A stretch of 64,000 bases of DNA from an uncultured Anaerolineae bacterium. Lineage in GTDB: Bacteria; Chloroflexota; Anaerolineae; JAADDB01. The position numbers and the translations under genes were made by a program. A model generated the notes under the pieces. It ran no database searches. It saw only the letters and a program-made list of their open reading frames with translations, and was not told where the DNA came from. The DNA lies in contig CAZAQA010000008.1 of assembly GCA_964487375.1 (NCBI GenBank), positions 61,402-125,401 on the forward strand. The letters run 5' to 3'. This document shows positions 50,333 through 61,099 of this stretch, piece by piece; position 1 is the stretch's first letter; each line of letters opens with the position of its first letter.

Positions 50333-51247
50333 CTAGGCGGAAGGGGTCTCTGAACGGGGCTCCTCCTGGCCTGAAGCTGCCCGAAGGCGTGAGCGAGCCA
50401 GGGTCACGTAATCCTGGTTCACCTCGTAACCCACGTAGTGGCGTCCGGCCCGAAGCGCGGCCAGCGCCGTCTGCCCACTGCCCATGAAAGGATCCAGCAC
50501 GACTTCGCCGGCAAAGGTGTAAAGTTGCAGGCAACGATAGGGAAGTTCCACCGGGAACGGGGCCGGGTGTCCCACGCGCCGGGCTTTCTCCGCCGGAAAG
50601 GTCCACACACTGCGGGTAAATTCCAGGAATTCATCCCGGCTAATGGTACTTTCCCGTTTGGTCGGGTTCGGACGTCGGAACATATCCTTGCAGAACACCA
50701 GGATGTACTCGTGCACATCACGCAGAGTGGGGTTACTGGCCGAACGCCAGCTTCCCCAGGCCGTGGACGGGCTGGCGCTGCTGGCCTTGTTCCAGATGAT
50801 CTCCCCCCGCATGAGGAAGCCCAGGCTCGTCATATCTTCGATGATGAACGCGTGCAGGGGCAGATAGGGCCGGCGTCCCAAATTGGCCACGTTGATGCAA
50901 GCCCGGCCACCGGGCACGAGGACTCGATAGACCTCGGACCAGACACGGCGCAAGAAGGCCCGGTACTCCTCCAGGGTCAGGTCCTCGTCGTACTCCTTGC
51001 CCACATTGTAAGGGGGAGACGTGACCATCAGGTGGATGCTGTGGTCCGGCAAGGCGCTCATGTCCTCCGCCGAGGCCTGCAAAATATGGTCGCGCACCTC
51101 AGCAGGAAGGGGTGTTTCTTCATAGGGGACAAGGTGCTCTTGAGGAATGCCCGCGTAAAGCCGTCCCGTGTAGAATCGGGTCGCATCGTGGCTCTCGCGA
51201 GCAGGCGCGCCAAAGGCGCTTGTCTGCGAACGTTTGCGCCGTCCCAT
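50333..51247 (-). CDS. Site-specific DNA methyltransferase (N4-cytosine/N6-adenine, PF01555 family), apparently solitary
   Basis: Catalytic TSPPY motif and C-terminal SAM-binding DPFMGSGQTALAA (FxGxG) motif; no restriction endonuclease gene adjacent. Confidence 0.8.
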   Translation of the reverse strand: MGRRKRSQTSAFGAPARESHDATRFYTGRLYAGIPQEHLVPYEETPLPAEVRDHILQASAEDMSALPDHSIHLMVTSPPYNVGKEYDEDLTLEEYRAFLRRVWSEVYRVLVPGGRACINVANLGRRPYLPLHAFIIEDMTSLGFLMRGEIIWNKASSASPSTAWGSWRSASNPTLRDVHEYILVFCKDMFRRPNPTKRESTISRDEFLEFTRSVWTFPAEKARRVGHPAPFPVELPYRCLQLYTFAGEVVLDPFMGSGQTALAALRAGRHYVGYEVNQDYVTLARSRLRAASGQEEPRSETPSA

Positions 51248-51342
51248 GAATGAACCGCCCCGGACCGCAGATAAGGCGGGCAGGCAGGATATCTCTCACC
51301 CACGCCTACCCGCCTTCCATGAAAAAAATCAGAAATCGCCGC

Positions 51343-52509
51343 TTACTGGCTCTTGATTTCCGTCCAGATCTGATCGTACGTGGTCAACGCATCTCCAACG
51401 GGCTTCAACCATTCCAGCTTCGCCATGACATCGGCAGGTGGGTAGATGGCCGGCTCGTTGATGATCTCCTTCTTGATGTACTTCTTGGCCGCCTCGGACG
51501 GGCTGGCGTAATAGGTGTAGTTGCTGATCGCCGCCTGGCTCTTGGCAGCCAGCAGGAAATTGATGAAATGTTCGGCCGTGCGCTTGTGTTTGCTGGAGGC
51601 GGGTATGGCCATGTTGTCCACCCACTTGACCCCGCCTTCCTTGGGGATGGCATACCACCACACAGCCTTGTCATTCTTCTTGTCGTACGTCTCCCAGACC
51701 GCGGAGAAAGCATCCCCTGACCAAGCGTGGGAGAGGACGACTTCCCCGGGGACAAGCAAGGTGTTGTCGTAATCCGAGGAGTTGAAGGTCTTCCAGTACG
51801 GCTTGGCCTTCAGGATAAGATCGCGGGCCTTGAACAAGTGATCTTTGTTCGTGTCGTTGACAGAATATCCCAGGTACTTGAGCGCTGCGCCGATCAACTC
51901 ACGCTCGTCATCCAGAACGTTGATGCCCTTGTCCGAATACTTCTTGAGGTGCCCGGGATCGAACAAGTACGCCCAGGAGTCCGGCGGAGTATCACCGAAG
52001 ACGGCCACCTGGTAAGCCAGGCCCGTGGTACCCCACTGGTAAGGGACAGAATACTGATTGCCTGGGTCAAAGGGAGGATTCTTGAAATCCTTCATCACAT
52101 CCTTGAAGTTAGGGATATGGCTCATGTCCAGCTTCGCCAACAGCCCCAGTTTAATCATCTGCGCCACCATGTAGTCTGAAGGGAAGATGACATCATAACC
52201 GGTGGCCCCGGCCTGCAGTTTGGCCAACAGTTCTTCGTTGGAGGCGTAGGTATCGTAATTGATTTTCACGCCATAGGTCTTCTCATACTGTTTCAAGAGG
52301 GATTCGTCAATATAGTCCGTCCAGTTGAACACGTTGAGTTCCGGGGCCAGCTTCGGCCCGGCCTTGCTGCTTGCGGTGGGTCCGGCGGCCGGCGCGGCCT
52401 GTTTAGGCGTCGGCGTAGGAGGGACCGGGGTCGGCGTAGGCGCGGCGCCTGGTCCACACGCGGCAACAATAAGCATGACGGCGAGCAGTATCCCCAGGGT
52501 GTACTTCAT
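51343..52509 (-). CDS. ABC transporter substrate-binding lipoprotein, spermidine/putrescine (PotD/PotF) family
   Basis: Lipobox LIVAACGP; LNVFNWTDYIDESLL...GYDVIFPSDYMV typical of polyamine SBPs; start at ATG 52509 with a GGAGGAGAGG RBS; no permease or ATPase genes nearby. Confidence 0.8.
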   Translation of the reverse strand: MKYTLGILLAVMLIVAACGPGAAPTPTPVPPTPTPKQAAPAAGPTASSKAGPKLAPELNVFNWTDYIDESLLKQYEKTYGVKINYDTYASNEELLAKLQAGATGYDVIFPSDYMVAQMIKLGLLAKLDMSHIPNFKDVMKDFKNPPFDPGNQYSVPYQWGTTGLAYQVAVFGDTPPDSWAYLFDPGHLKKYSDKGINVLDDERELIGAALKYLGYSVNDTNKDHLFKARDLILKAKPYWKTFNSSDYDNTLLVPGEVVLSHAWSGDAFSAVWETYDKKNDKAVWWYAIPKEGGVKWVDNMAIPASSKHKRTAEHFINFLLAAKSQAAISNYTYYASPSEAAKKYIKKEIINEPAIYPPADVMAKLEWLKPVGDALTTYDQIWTEIKSQ

Positions 52510-52968
52510 GACCTCTCCTCCTTCCGCAAGTGATTTATGGTGATCTTCATCCAAAGCGAGGTTAGCCCCAATAGTACATGAATCCATCTCATTTGCCAAA
52601 CCGCTGAACCCTTGAGCTCCGTCCCCAACGTCGGCTCGGGCCTCCGAGGATGGCCATGGATGCGTGAACATGCCCCGCTGCCCCCTGTGGCGTAGAGCTT
52701 TTCCATGTTCCAACTTTTAGCAAGTCCATGGAGGTGTCGTTCCGGCCATCAAGCCGTTGTATGGCTGTGGAAAGATCGTCGGGTGGACGATGCCATCGCC
52801 TACCCTTTGACGATACGCGTAAAAACTTTGAGAAGCCCTACTGTGGCGAGCGCAAGGTTGCCTCTCCCCAACAGAGGGTGTATTATGATAGAAGGAAGGG
52901 CAACGGTGCTCTCCTTCCCGGCTGCGGTCTTCCGTGCCGACAACTGAAAAAACTCAAAGGAGAGTGCG

Positions 52969-54015
52969 ATGAACATACCCGGCAAGATGCGTGCTGTGGT
53001 CAAGGCCCGCCCCGGTCCGGGCCTGAAGCTGGCCATGGTGGATGTCCCTACCATAGGCCCCCGAGACGTCCTCATCAAAGTCCGCGCCGCCTCCATTTGT
53101 GGCACCGACCTCCACATTTACCGCTGGGACCCCTGGGCCCAACAACGCATTCACCCGCCCATCATCATCGGCCACGAATTCTGTGGCGACGTCGTGGCCG
53201 TGGGCGAAGAAGTTCACGACGTCAAAGTGGGCGATTATGTCTCCGCAGAGAGCCACATTGTCTGCGGCACCTGCGCTTACTGCCGCACGGGGCGGGGCCA
53301 CCTCTGCCCTCATACCCAGATCATCGGTGTGGACCGAGATGGCGCCTGGGCCGAATATGTGGCCATCCCGGCGGTCAATGCCTGGCCCAATCCCCCCAGC
53401 GTGCCCCCACACATTGCCACCCTGGAGGAGAACTTCGGCAACGCGGTGCACACCGCGTTTGCTATTGACTTGCGGGCGAAGAAAGTCCTGGTCACCGGTT
53501 GCGGACCAGTGGGCGTCATGGCCATCGCCGTGGCCCGAGCCATTGGGGCTCGGGCCATCTACGCCACCGACATCTCAGAATATCGCCTGGGCCTGGCCCA
53601 CAAGATGGGCGCGGACGTCACGATCAACGCCCGTGAGGAGGACGTGATCGCCCGGGTTCTTGCCCTGACCGAGGGCGAGGGCGTGGACGCCTGGTTGGAG
53701 ATGTCTGGTGCGCCCGCAGCCATCCGCCAGGGGTTCGAGGTCCTCAAGCCGGGCGGAGACGTGGCCATGCTGGGCCTGCCGCCCCAGCCCGTACAAATGG
53801 ACCTGAACAACTGGGTGATCTTCAAGGGGGCCAGTATCCACGGCATTATTGGACGGCGCCTCTGGGAAACCTGGTTCCAGATGCGAGGTCTGCTCCGCAG
53901 CGGCGCGGTGAATCTGGAAACCATCGTCACCCACCAGTTTCCTCTGGAGGACTTCGAAAAGGCCCTGGAGACGATGGCTTCGGGCGAGAGTGGCAAAGTG
54001 GTCCTGATCCCCTGA
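52969..54015 (+). CDS. tdh: L-threonine 3-dehydrogenase (Zn-dependent MDR)
   Basis: ICGTDLHIY (cf. ICGTDVHIY), [15 protein letters not shown] Rossmann motif. Confidence 0.9.
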   Translation: MNIPGKMRAVVKARPGPGLKLAMVDVPTIGPRDVLIKVRAASICGTDLHIYRWDPWAQQRIHPPIIIGHEFCGDVVAVGEEVHDVKVGDYVSAESHIVCGTCAYCRTGRGHLCPHTQIIGVDRDGAWAEYVAIPAVNAWPNPPSVPPHIATLEENFGNAVHTAFAIDLRAKKVLVTGCGPVGVMAIAVARAIGARAIYATDISEYRLGLAHKMGADVTINAREEDVIARVLALTEGEGVDAWLEMSGAPAAIRQGFEVLKPGGDVAMLGLPPQPVQMDLNNWVIFKGASIHGIIGRRLWETWFQMRGLLRSGAVNLETIVTHQFPLEDFEKALETMASGESGKVVLIP

Positions 54016-54041
54016 GGGTCGAGCACAAGGAGGGTATCATC

Positions 54042-55226
54042 ATGAGCGATCCATTAGCCTGGATTGACGAGGCGTTGCAGGACTTGAAAAATCGTGGTCT
54101 TTATATCACCATCCGCACGGTGGAATCCCCACAGGGTGCCTGGCTGGTGGTGGATGGCAAGCGCGTGTTGAACTTCTGCTCCAACAACTACCTGGGCTTG
54201 GCCGACGATCCTCGACTGGTCCAGGCTGCCCGGGAGGCGACCGAACGCTTGGGGGTGGGGCCGGGTGCGGTGCGCACCATTGCCGGCACGATGAAATTGC
54301 ACATCGAGCTGGAAAAAGCTCTGGCCGAGTTCAAAGAAGCGGAGGCGGCCATCTCCTTCCAGTCCGGCTTCAACGCCAACCTGGCAACTATTCCGGCCAT
54401 CGTGGGACGTGGGGATGCCATCTTTTCTGACGAGCTCAACCACGCCAGCATCATTGACGGCTGTCGCCTGAGCCGGGCGCAGATCATCCGCTATCCTCAC
54501 ACCGACGCTGAGGCCCTGCGGCGGCTCCTGCAAGAGCGCCGCGACCAGTACAAGCGAGCGCTCATCGTCACCGACGGCGTGTTCAGCATGGATGGCGACA
54601 TCGCCCCCCTGCCCGAACTGACGGCATTGGCCGAGGAGTTCGACTGCATGATAATGGTCGACGACGCCCACGGCGAAGGTGTGCTGGGCCATGGGGGACG
54701 CGGTATTGTCCATCACTTCGGGCTGCAAGGACGCGTGCACATCGAAGTAGGCACCATGTCCAAGGCGTTTGGAGTTGTCGGCGGCTATGTGGCCGGGAAC
54801 GCTCGGGTGGTGGAATGGCTGCGACAACGGGGACGGCCCTTCCTCTTCTCATCGGCCATGACCGTGCCCGACACGGCAGCCTGCCTGGCCGCGGTGAACA
54901 TCCTCCAGGAGAGCACCGAGTTGGTGGACCGATTGTGGGAGAACACGCGCTACTTCAAGAACAAGATGAAGGAACTCGGCTTTGACATCGGGCACAGCGA
55001 GACCCCCATCACGCCGGTCATGCTGGGGGAGGAAAAACTGACGCAGAGGTTCAGCAAACGCTTGTTCGAGGAAGGGATCTTCGGCACGGCCATCGTGTAC
55101 CCCACCGTTCCTCAGGGCAAGGCTCGCATCCGGGTGATGATCTCCGCCGCACACAGTAAGAAGGACCTGGATCGAGGGCTAGAGGCGTTCGCCAAGGTGG
55201 GACGGGAACTGGGGGTCATTTCCTAA
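54042..55226 (+). CDS. kbl: Glycine C-acetyltransferase (2-amino-3-ketobutyrate CoA ligase)
   Basis: Class-II aminotransferase fold with PLP lysine region GTMSKAFG; adjacent to tdh as in the threonine degradation operon. Confidence 0.9.
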   Translation: MSDPLAWIDEALQDLKNRGLYITIRTVESPQGAWLVVDGKRVLNFCSNNYLGLADDPRLVQAAREATERLGVGPGAVRTIAGTMKLHIELEKALAEFKEAEAAISFQSGFNANLATIPAIVGRGDAIFSDELNHASIIDGCRLSRAQIIRYPHTDAEALRRLLQERRDQYKRALIVTDGVFSMDGDIAPLPELTALAEEFDCMIMVDDAHGEGVLGHGGRGIVHHFGLQGRVHIEVGTMSKAFGVVGGYVAGNARVVEWLRQRGRPFLFSSAMTVPDTAACLAAVNILQESTELVDRLWENTRYFKNKMKELGFDIGHSETPITPVMLGEEKLTQRFSKRLFEEGIFGTAIVYPTVPQGKARIRVMISAAHSKKDLDRGLEAFAKVGRELGVIS

Positions 55227-55278
55227 GCAGGCGTTGTTCCGGCAGTCGCGCCGTGACGTGTGCGCCCTGAAGACCGCC

Positions 55279-55330
55279 GGGTAGGTGAGGGCAGTGCCCT
55301 CGCCTACCCTTTAACCATCCTGACTTTTCT
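55279..55330. terminator. Putative terminator hairpin between convergent kbl and HD genes
   Basis: gggtaggtgagggc-agtg-ccctcgcctaccc imperfect 13-bp stem followed by tttaaccatcctgacttttctattcc. Confidence 0.4.
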
Positions 55331-55916
55331 ATTCCCGTCGTCCGGCCAGACCCAGATCCTCAGCGATGCTCTTCATAGACTCCAGGACCGTTGCCACATG
55401 TTCCCACAGGTCCATGCCCAGTTCACGGGCTCCCATCTCGATGTCGGATCGACTCACTCCGGCCGCGAAGGACTTATCCTTCCACTTCTTCTTCACGCTC
55501 TTCACCTTCACATCGCGGATATCCTTGCTGGGGCGCACCAGCGCCACCGCCGTGATTAACCCGGTAAGCTCATCCACGGCAAAGAGCGCCTTGGCCAGCA
55601 GACTCTCCCGAGGGACGCCCAAATGCGGCGCGTGCCCGGCCACTGCCTCGATGAGTTCCTCCGGCCAGCCCCACTCGCGAAAGAGGCGCAATTCTGTGCG
55701 CGGGTGTCCGGCCTCCTCGTCGTCCATGTTAGGATGACGCTCGTAATCCAGGTCATGGACAAGGCCGGTAATCCCCCAAAGTTCCTCGTCCTCGCCAAAC
55801 TTGCGCGCGTAAGCCCGCATGGCCGCTTCCACGGCCAACGCGTGTTTACGCAAATTGGGGGATTGAATCCACTCCTGCACCAAGGCCCATGCTTCCTCTC
55901 GTGTTGGCAATGGCAT
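55329..55916 (-). CDS. HD-domain phosphohydrolase
   Basis: H...HD motif (GLVHDLDYERHP), metal-binding His/Asp pattern of the HD superfamily; start at ATG 55916. Confidence 0.65.
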   Translation of the reverse strand: MPLPTREEAWALVQEWIQSPNLRKHALAVEAAMRAYARKFGEDEELWGITGLVHDLDYERHPNMDDEEAGHPRTELRLFREWGWPEELIEAVAGHAPHLGVPRESLLAKALFAVDELTGLITAVALVRPSKDIRDVKVKSVKKKWKDKSFAAGVSRSDIEMGARELGMDLWEHVATVLESMKSIAEDLGLAGRRE

Positions 55917-55926
55917 CGCTATCCTC

Positions 55927-56703
55927 CTATCGATCCAAGAATTGAGCAAAGGCATTCCGCCCCGCTCGGTTTCCTTGTTCGTCCGCTTCTCGCACTGCCT
56001 CCTGCTGCACCCGCAAAAGCTCTTGAATCCCCTTCCAAGCCAGATCGAGCAAGGTGTTCAACGTGTCGCGGGAGAAGGGCTCTCCCTCCGCAGTGCCCTG
56101 GACTTCGACAAAGTCCCCCACCGCGTTCATGACGATGTTCATATCCACTGCGGCGCGCACATCTTCCTCGTAAGCCAGGTCCAGCATAGGAACGCCATCG
56201 ACGACCCCCACGCTGACCGCAGCCACCGCGGGCTTGAAGACGCGCGCGGACACATCACCGGCCTCCACCAGGCGACGCAAGGCCAGGGCCAGGGCCACAT
56301 ATCCCCCGGTGATGGCGGCCGTCCGTGTTCCGCCGTCGGCCTGGAGCACATCCGCGTCGATGATGATCTGGCGTTCGCCCAGGGCTTCCAGGTCGACGGA
56401 GGCGCGCAGGGCCCGCCCGATGAGCCGCTGGATCTCCTGCGTGCGCCCCCGAGCGCCCCTCCGTTCCCGGGACGTACGGATCGGCGTGCTGCGAGGGAGC
56501 AACGCATACTCCGCGGTGACCCATCCCTTCCCGTGACCTTGCAACCAGGGAGGCACTCGCTCCTCCACCGTAGCCGTACAGAGCACAACCGTGTTTCCGG
56601 CGCGGATCAGGACGGAGCCCTCCGCGTGCATGGTGGCCCCCGTCTCTATCACCACAGGCCGCAACCGGTCTGCTCGACGGCCATCCCCTCGCGTGTGAGT
56701 CAT
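55927..56703 (-). CDS. rph: Ribonuclease PH
   Basis: 258 aa: [13 protein letters not shown]...[16 protein letters not shown]...RTSRERRG...[17 protein letters not shown]...VAAVSVGVV, a classic RNase PH. Only this part of the 647-aa ORF-track entry is real. Confidence 0.9.
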   Translation of the reverse strand: MTHTRGDGRRADRLRPVVIETGATMHAEGSVLIRAGNTVVLCTATVEERVPPWLQGHGKGWVTAEYALLPRSTPIRTSRERRGARGRTQEIQRLIGRALRASVDLEALGERQIIIDADVLQADGGTRTAAITGGYVALALALRRLVEAGDVSARVFKPAVAAVSVGVVDGVPMLDLAYEEDVRAAVDMNIVMNAVGDFVEVQGTAEGEPFSRDTLNTLLDLAWKGIQELLRVQQEAVREADEQGNRAGRNAFAQFLDR

Positions 56704-56753
56704 GATTCTGCACTCTCGACTGCACGTATTTTTATGATCACCATGATAAAAAT

Positions 56754-56782
56754 TTGCACCCTCCCAGGAATACAGATATAAT
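56754..56782 (+). promoter_or_regulatory. Sigma70-like promoter upstream of the radical SAM array
   Basis: TTGCAC -17 nt- TATAAT, ~78 nt upstream of the first radical SAM ATG (56860), in an AT-rich spacer. Confidence 0.5.
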
Positions 56783-56859
56783 AGCCTCGCTTGCAGAAGG
56801 TGACAAAGAATAGTCGACGCGCTTGTGTTTTCAACACACACACTTGAGGAAGGAGAACG

Positions 56860-58356
56860 ATGCGGGTTCTGCTGATCAACCCCAAATTTCGGTTGCCCAT
56901 CGACACACGGACGACGCCTCACCTGGGCCTGGCGTACCTGGGTGCAGTCTCGGAGGAAGCGGGCTACGAGGTTCGCATTTTCGACGCCGACATCGAGGAT
57001 CAACCTCTGGGGGACTTCATCCGTGAATTCCGCCCCCACGTGGTCGGTATCACGGCCAACACGCCCCAGGTGATGCAGGCCTGGCGCACGGCCGAGCGCA
57101 TCAAGGCCGTGCACGATGTGCCCATCGTCCTCGGTGGCCCCCATGTCAGTGTCCTGCCCGAGGAGTCCGTGGCTCGGCCCGAGGTGGACATGGTGGTCCG
57201 CGGGGAGGGCGAGGAAACCTGGTTGCACATCTGTCGCACTGTCGAATCCTACCTGAAGGACCAGCCGACATTCAGCACAGAAGCGTTGATGAACCCGGCC
57301 CTGGGCTTGTGGAAGGATGTGCAGGGCATCACCTACCAGACCAGCGACGGCAAAGTGCACTCCAACCCGGACCGACCGGCCATTCGGGACTTGGACAGCC
57401 TTCCCTGGCCGGCCTATCACCTCTTTAAGATGGAGAAGTATACCAATCTGCAGCCGGCGATGGACAAGGTGGATGGTTCCCGCTCTTTCTCTATCATGAC
57501 CAGTCGCGGCTGTCCTTATCGTTGCACGTTCTGCTCCCAGTCTATCATGCCGATTCGCTGGCGGGCGCGCTCGCCGGAGAACGTGCTGGAGGAGTGGCGG
57601 CATCTGGTCGTGGACCTGGGCGCGGAGGAAATCGGCGTGTTGGACGATTCGGCCAACATCCGCATGGACCGGTTGATGACGCTGGCCGACTTGCTGATCG
57701 AAAACCGATTGAACCACGTCCCCTGGATCTTCGTCAACGGCATTCGCGCCAACCTGGCCATGAAGGAACTGTTGCGCAAGTTGAAAGAGGCCGGGCTCAA
57801 GCGTACCGCCTTCGGTGTGGAAACCGGAGACCCTGAACTTCTCCTCTCGGTGGACAAGCGAGTGGACCACGATACCATTCGACGGGCGTTCAAGAATGCC
57901 AAGGAGGTGGGGCTAGAGACCATCGGCTTCTTCATCATCGGCCTGCCGGGGGACACCCGAGAGAGCATGCAGAAGACCATCGATTTCGCCATTGAGTTGG
58001 ACCCGCTCATCGCCAACTTCAGCATGATGACGCCGTACCCGGGGACGATTGTGTACGAGATTGTGAAACGACAGGGACGATTGCTGGTGCAGAACTGGGA
58101 GGATTACGTGTTCTTCGACAATCGGGCCCGCTTCGAGATGGGAGACCTGACCGCGGAGTTGATGGAGGAGATGTTCCGCAAGGCGTACCGCCAGTTCTAC
58201 TGGCGGCCCAAGTACATCCTGCGAGCCATCCGGCGACCTGACTTCTGGCTGAACTTCGGCCGTAATCTGCGCATCGCCTATCGTACGGTGTTCCCACGCA
58301 AGGAGAAGACGGAACTGCGCCGTCAGATCGAGGCGGAGGCCCTTTCCGCCTCTTGA
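56860..58356 (+). CDS. B12-binding domain-containing radical SAM protein (copy 1)
   Basis: N-terminal cobalamin-binding Rossmann region (RVLLINPKF...[20 protein letters not shown]) and radical SAM CxxxCxxC ([11 protein letters not shown]); GAAGGAG RBS. Confidence 0.85.
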   Translation: MRVLLINPKFRLPIDTRTTPHLGLAYLGAVSEEAGYEVRIFDADIEDQPLGDFIREFRPHVVGITANTPQVMQAWRTAERIKAVHDVPIVLGGPHVSVLPEESVARPEVDMVVRGEGEETWLHICRTVESYLKDQPTFSTEALMNPALGLWKDVQGITYQTSDGKVHSNPDRPAIRDLDSLPWPAYHLFKMEKYTNLQPAMDKVDGSRSFSIMTSRGCPYRCTFCSQSIMPIRWRARSPENVLEEWRHLVVDLGAEEIGVLDDSANIRMDRLMTLADLLIENRLNHVPWIFVNGIRANLAMKELLRKLKEAGLKRTAFGVETGDPELLLSVDKRVDHDTIRRAFKNAKEVGLETIGFFIIGLPGDTRESMQKTIDFAIELDPLIANFSMMTPYPGTIVYEIVKRQGRLLVQNWEDYVFFDNRARFEMGDLTAELMEEMFRKAYRQFYWRPKYILRAIRRPDFWLNFGRNLRIAYRTVFPRKEKTELRRQIEAEALSAS

Positions 58357-58425
58357 ACGCATATCCTGAATCAGGCCATGTTCGTCTAGTTTGTACCGGG
58401 ACCATATCGAGACAAGGAGCCAACC

Positions 58426-59898
58426 ATGCGCATATCGTTCATTGAGCCCAAGTGGAACCAGTTGGTCAACAGCTACCCATCGCTGGGATTGGGCTACCTG
58501 GCCGCGGTCGCGGAACAGGAAGGCCATGAGTGCCGCATCCACGATTTTGGCCTGCGCCCTCAGGTGCCCGTCGAGGAGGACGTGAAATCAGTGCTGGACT
58601 TCAAGCCGGACCTGGTGGCCTTCACTTCCATGACCACGTCGTACTACAGTGTGGAAAAGGCCGCGCAGATTATCAAAGAGGAACTTGGGGTCCCCATTAT
58701 TATTGGTGGCCCCCACGCCACGACCCTGCCGGAGGAGACCCTAAAGAATCCGAACATCAATTTCCTCATTTTTGGCGAGGGAGAGGTCGCCTGGCGCAAT
58801 TTCATCCAAGCCCTCGCCGCGGGAGACGACCGTTGGGACATGATCGCCGGGCTCTGGTATAAGACGGAAGACGGCACGATTGTGAGCGGGGGCAACGCGC
58901 CCCTGGTGAAGAACCTGGATGAGCTTCCTTTCCCGGCCCGACACCTGTTTGACCTGGAGGCATATCCCCTGTACGCGCCTAACGGGGAACGGATGATCAC
59001 TCTCATGTCCAGCCGGGGATGCCCGTATAACTGTTCGTTCTGCTTCAAGGGCATTGTAGGGCGCACCTACCGCCAGCGCAGCCCGGCGAATATCGTGGCC
59101 GAAATTCGCCAGATCATGGAATCGTATGGTACCCGCAATTTCTACTTCATCGATGACCTGTTCACCATCAACGTAAAACGGTTGGAGAAAATCCTCGATT
59201 ACATGATCGAAAGCGGGCTGGACATTCGTTTTCGCTGCCTGGCCCGGGTGGATCGGGTCACCCCGGAGCTGTTGAAGAAGATGTACAAGGCCGGATGTCG
59301 CCAAATTCACTACGGCATCGAGTCGGGCAACGAGGAGGTGCTGAAGCGCACGGCCAAGCACATCAACCTGGAGCAGGTGCGCCAGGCCGTGCAGTGGACG
59401 GAAGAAGCGGGCATTGCCAGCAAGGGGTATTTCATCCTCGGCCTGCCGGGAGACAACGAGCAGACCATCCAGGAGACCATCGAGTTCGCGGCCAGCCTGC
59501 CACTGACCGAGGCCATGTTCTCCATTGCCACGCCTTTCCCGGGCACCAAGCTGTGGCAAGAGCTCATCCGGCGACGACCGGAGTTGAAGTACAACGCGGA
59601 CTTCACCAAGGCCTACTATTATAACTCTTACACCTCAGAGATCGCCCCCTTTATGAACGTGTCGGATGTGTCGGACGAGGAGCTGAGCACACTGGCCATC
59701 AAGGCCCGGCAGCGTTTCCTGGAAGCCAAAGCGCGACGCACGTACCACAAGGCCTTTGGGCCCACCCTGGGCGAGGTCTTCTGGAAAGTCAGTCGCAACG
59801 AGGCTGTTCGATCCATGGGCCGTGGCCTGATGAACCTGGGCATGTTCAAGCGCTTCAAATATTACAAGACGGTTGGGGAGGCTGAATTGTGGTCGTAA
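58426..59898 (+). CDS. B12-binding domain-containing radical SAM protein (copy 2)
   Basis: MRISFIEPKW...[20 protein letters not shown] and SRGCPYNCSFC; AAGGAG RBS. Confidence 0.85.
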   Translation: MRISFIEPKWNQLVNSYPSLGLGYLAAVAEQEGHECRIHDFGLRPQVPVEEDVKSVLDFKPDLVAFTSMTTSYYSVEKAAQIIKEELGVPIIIGGPHATTLPEETLKNPNINFLIFGEGEVAWRNFIQALAAGDDRWDMIAGLWYKTEDGTIVSGGNAPLVKNLDELPFPARHLFDLEAYPLYAPNGERMITLMSSRGCPYNCSFCFKGIVGRTYRQRSPANIVAEIRQIMESYGTRNFYFIDDLFTINVKRLEKILDYMIESGLDIRFRCLARVDRVTPELLKKMYKAGCRQIHYGIESGNEEVLKRTAKHINLEQVRQAVQWTEEAGIASKGYFILGLPGDNEQTIQETIEFAASLPLTEAMFSIATPFPGTKLWQELIRRRPELKYNADFTKAYYYNSYTSEIAPFMNVSDVSDEELSTLAIKARQRFLEAKARRTYHKAFGPTLGEVFWKVSRNEAVRSMGRGLMNLGMFKRFKYYKTVGEAELWS

Positions 59899-61049
59899 AT
59901 GGAAACGGCAAGAAGCCGAAATCCACGCTGACGTTCGAACAGAAGTTACAACGAAAGTTCCGCTATTACCGACGCAAGGCCCTGCAGCCGGTACGCTGGC
60001 TGACGTACGAAAGCGGCCAGACACGCCTGGTGCCCCCCCCGGACCGGATGTACATCGAATCGACGAACATTTGCAACCTGAATTGCATTATGTGCCCCAC
60101 GGGCCTGAAGCAGATCACCCGGCCCCACGGGTTCATGGACTTTGAGGTGTTCAAGCAAATTGTGGACGAGATGGCGCCCTGGGTGAGTGCAACCACGTTG
60201 CACATCTGGGGCGAACCGTTGATGCACAAGCGCATTTTCGACATGGTGGCCTACTGCCGCCAAAAGGGGCTGCGGGCGGAAATCAGCACCAACGCTACGT
60301 TGCTGACGGAGGAGAAATCACGACGGCTACTGGACGCGGGTCTGGACGCGATTTACCTCTCCATCGATGGCCTGCGCCCGGAGACGTACGAGAACATTCG
60401 CGTCAGAGCGGATTTCGAGCGCACAAACACAAATATCCGCCGCTTCATCGAGCTGAAGGTGCAAGGGGACTATCACACCTACGTCAACATCCAGATCATC
60501 AAGATGAAGCAAACCCTGGACGAGATCCAGGAGTTCGTGCAGGTCTGGAGTCTGCCGGGAGTCGACCGCATCAACGTCAAGCCCTTCGACTCCTGGGCCG
60601 ACCAGATCGAGGAAATCTCGGAGTTGCGTCCGAACGAGGTGAAGCTGCCCCCTAGGCGCTGGGCCTGTCCCAACCTCTGGTATCACGTGCACATTTACTG
60701 GGATGGCTCCATTGCCATGTGCGACCGGGATTTCAACCTGGAATTCCCCCTGGGCAATGTCATCGACGAGGACGGCAAGGTCCGGGTCATGAAGAACTGG
60801 AACGGTCCGCAGATGCAGGAACTGCGGCGCCGCCATCTGGAGAACGACATGGCCGATGTGTCGCCCTGCAATTCCTGCACCGAATGGGCCTGGTGGAAGC
60901 CGGCACCCTTCTTCTCCCAGGGCAACCGCCCCGTGGAAGAGGGGAGCGCCCAGCGGCGGTTGAACACGTCGCCCAACGGCTCAGGGCCTATCGTCATCGG
61001 GCTGGATGAAATCGGGATGGTGGACGGGACGCAGGGAAGCAGTCAGTAG
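59889..61049 (+). CDS. Radical SAM protein with C-terminal SPASM/twitch-like Cys cluster
   Basis: CNLNCIMC (CxxxCxxC) and a C-terminal Cys-rich region (CPNLW...MCDRD...PCNSCTEW). The in-frame start is either GTG 59889 (10-nt overlap with the upstream gene) or ATG 60048. Confidence 0.75.
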   Translation: MVVNGNGKKPKSTLTFEQKLQRKFRYYRRKALQPVRWLTYESGQTRLVPPPDRMYIESTNICNLNCIMCPTGLKQITRPHGFMDFEVFKQIVDEMAPWVSATTLHIWGEPLMHKRIFDMVAYCRQKGLRAEISTNATLLTEEKSRRLLDAGLDAIYLSIDGLRPETYENIRVRADFERTNTNIRRFIELKVQGDYHTYVNIQIIKMKQTLDEIQEFVQVWSLPGVDRINVKPFDSWADQIEEISELRPNEVKLPPRRWACPNLWYHVHIYWDGSIAMCDRDFNLEFPLGNVIDEDGKVRVMKNWNGPQMQELRRRHLENDMADVSPCNSCTEWAWWKPAPFFSQGNRPVEEGSAQRRLNTSPNGSGPIVIGLDEIGMVDGTQGSSQ

Positions 61050-61099
61050 GAAACGAGACCAGCAAATGAGGACCACGTCTAGAGCCGAGGAGGAAGGCG

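Noticed and set aside
49009-51253. 358-aa - ORF (49009-50085) and 271-aa + ORF (50438-51253)
   Set aside because: Antisense of the second gdh gene and of the DNA methyltransferase, respectively.
55927-57870. 647-aa ORF in the six-frame track
   Set aside because: Only the C-terminal 258 aa (55927-56703) is RNase PH. The N-terminal 390 aa is the antisense shadow of the first radical SAM gene, and the intervening sequence holds the promoter rather than coding sequence.
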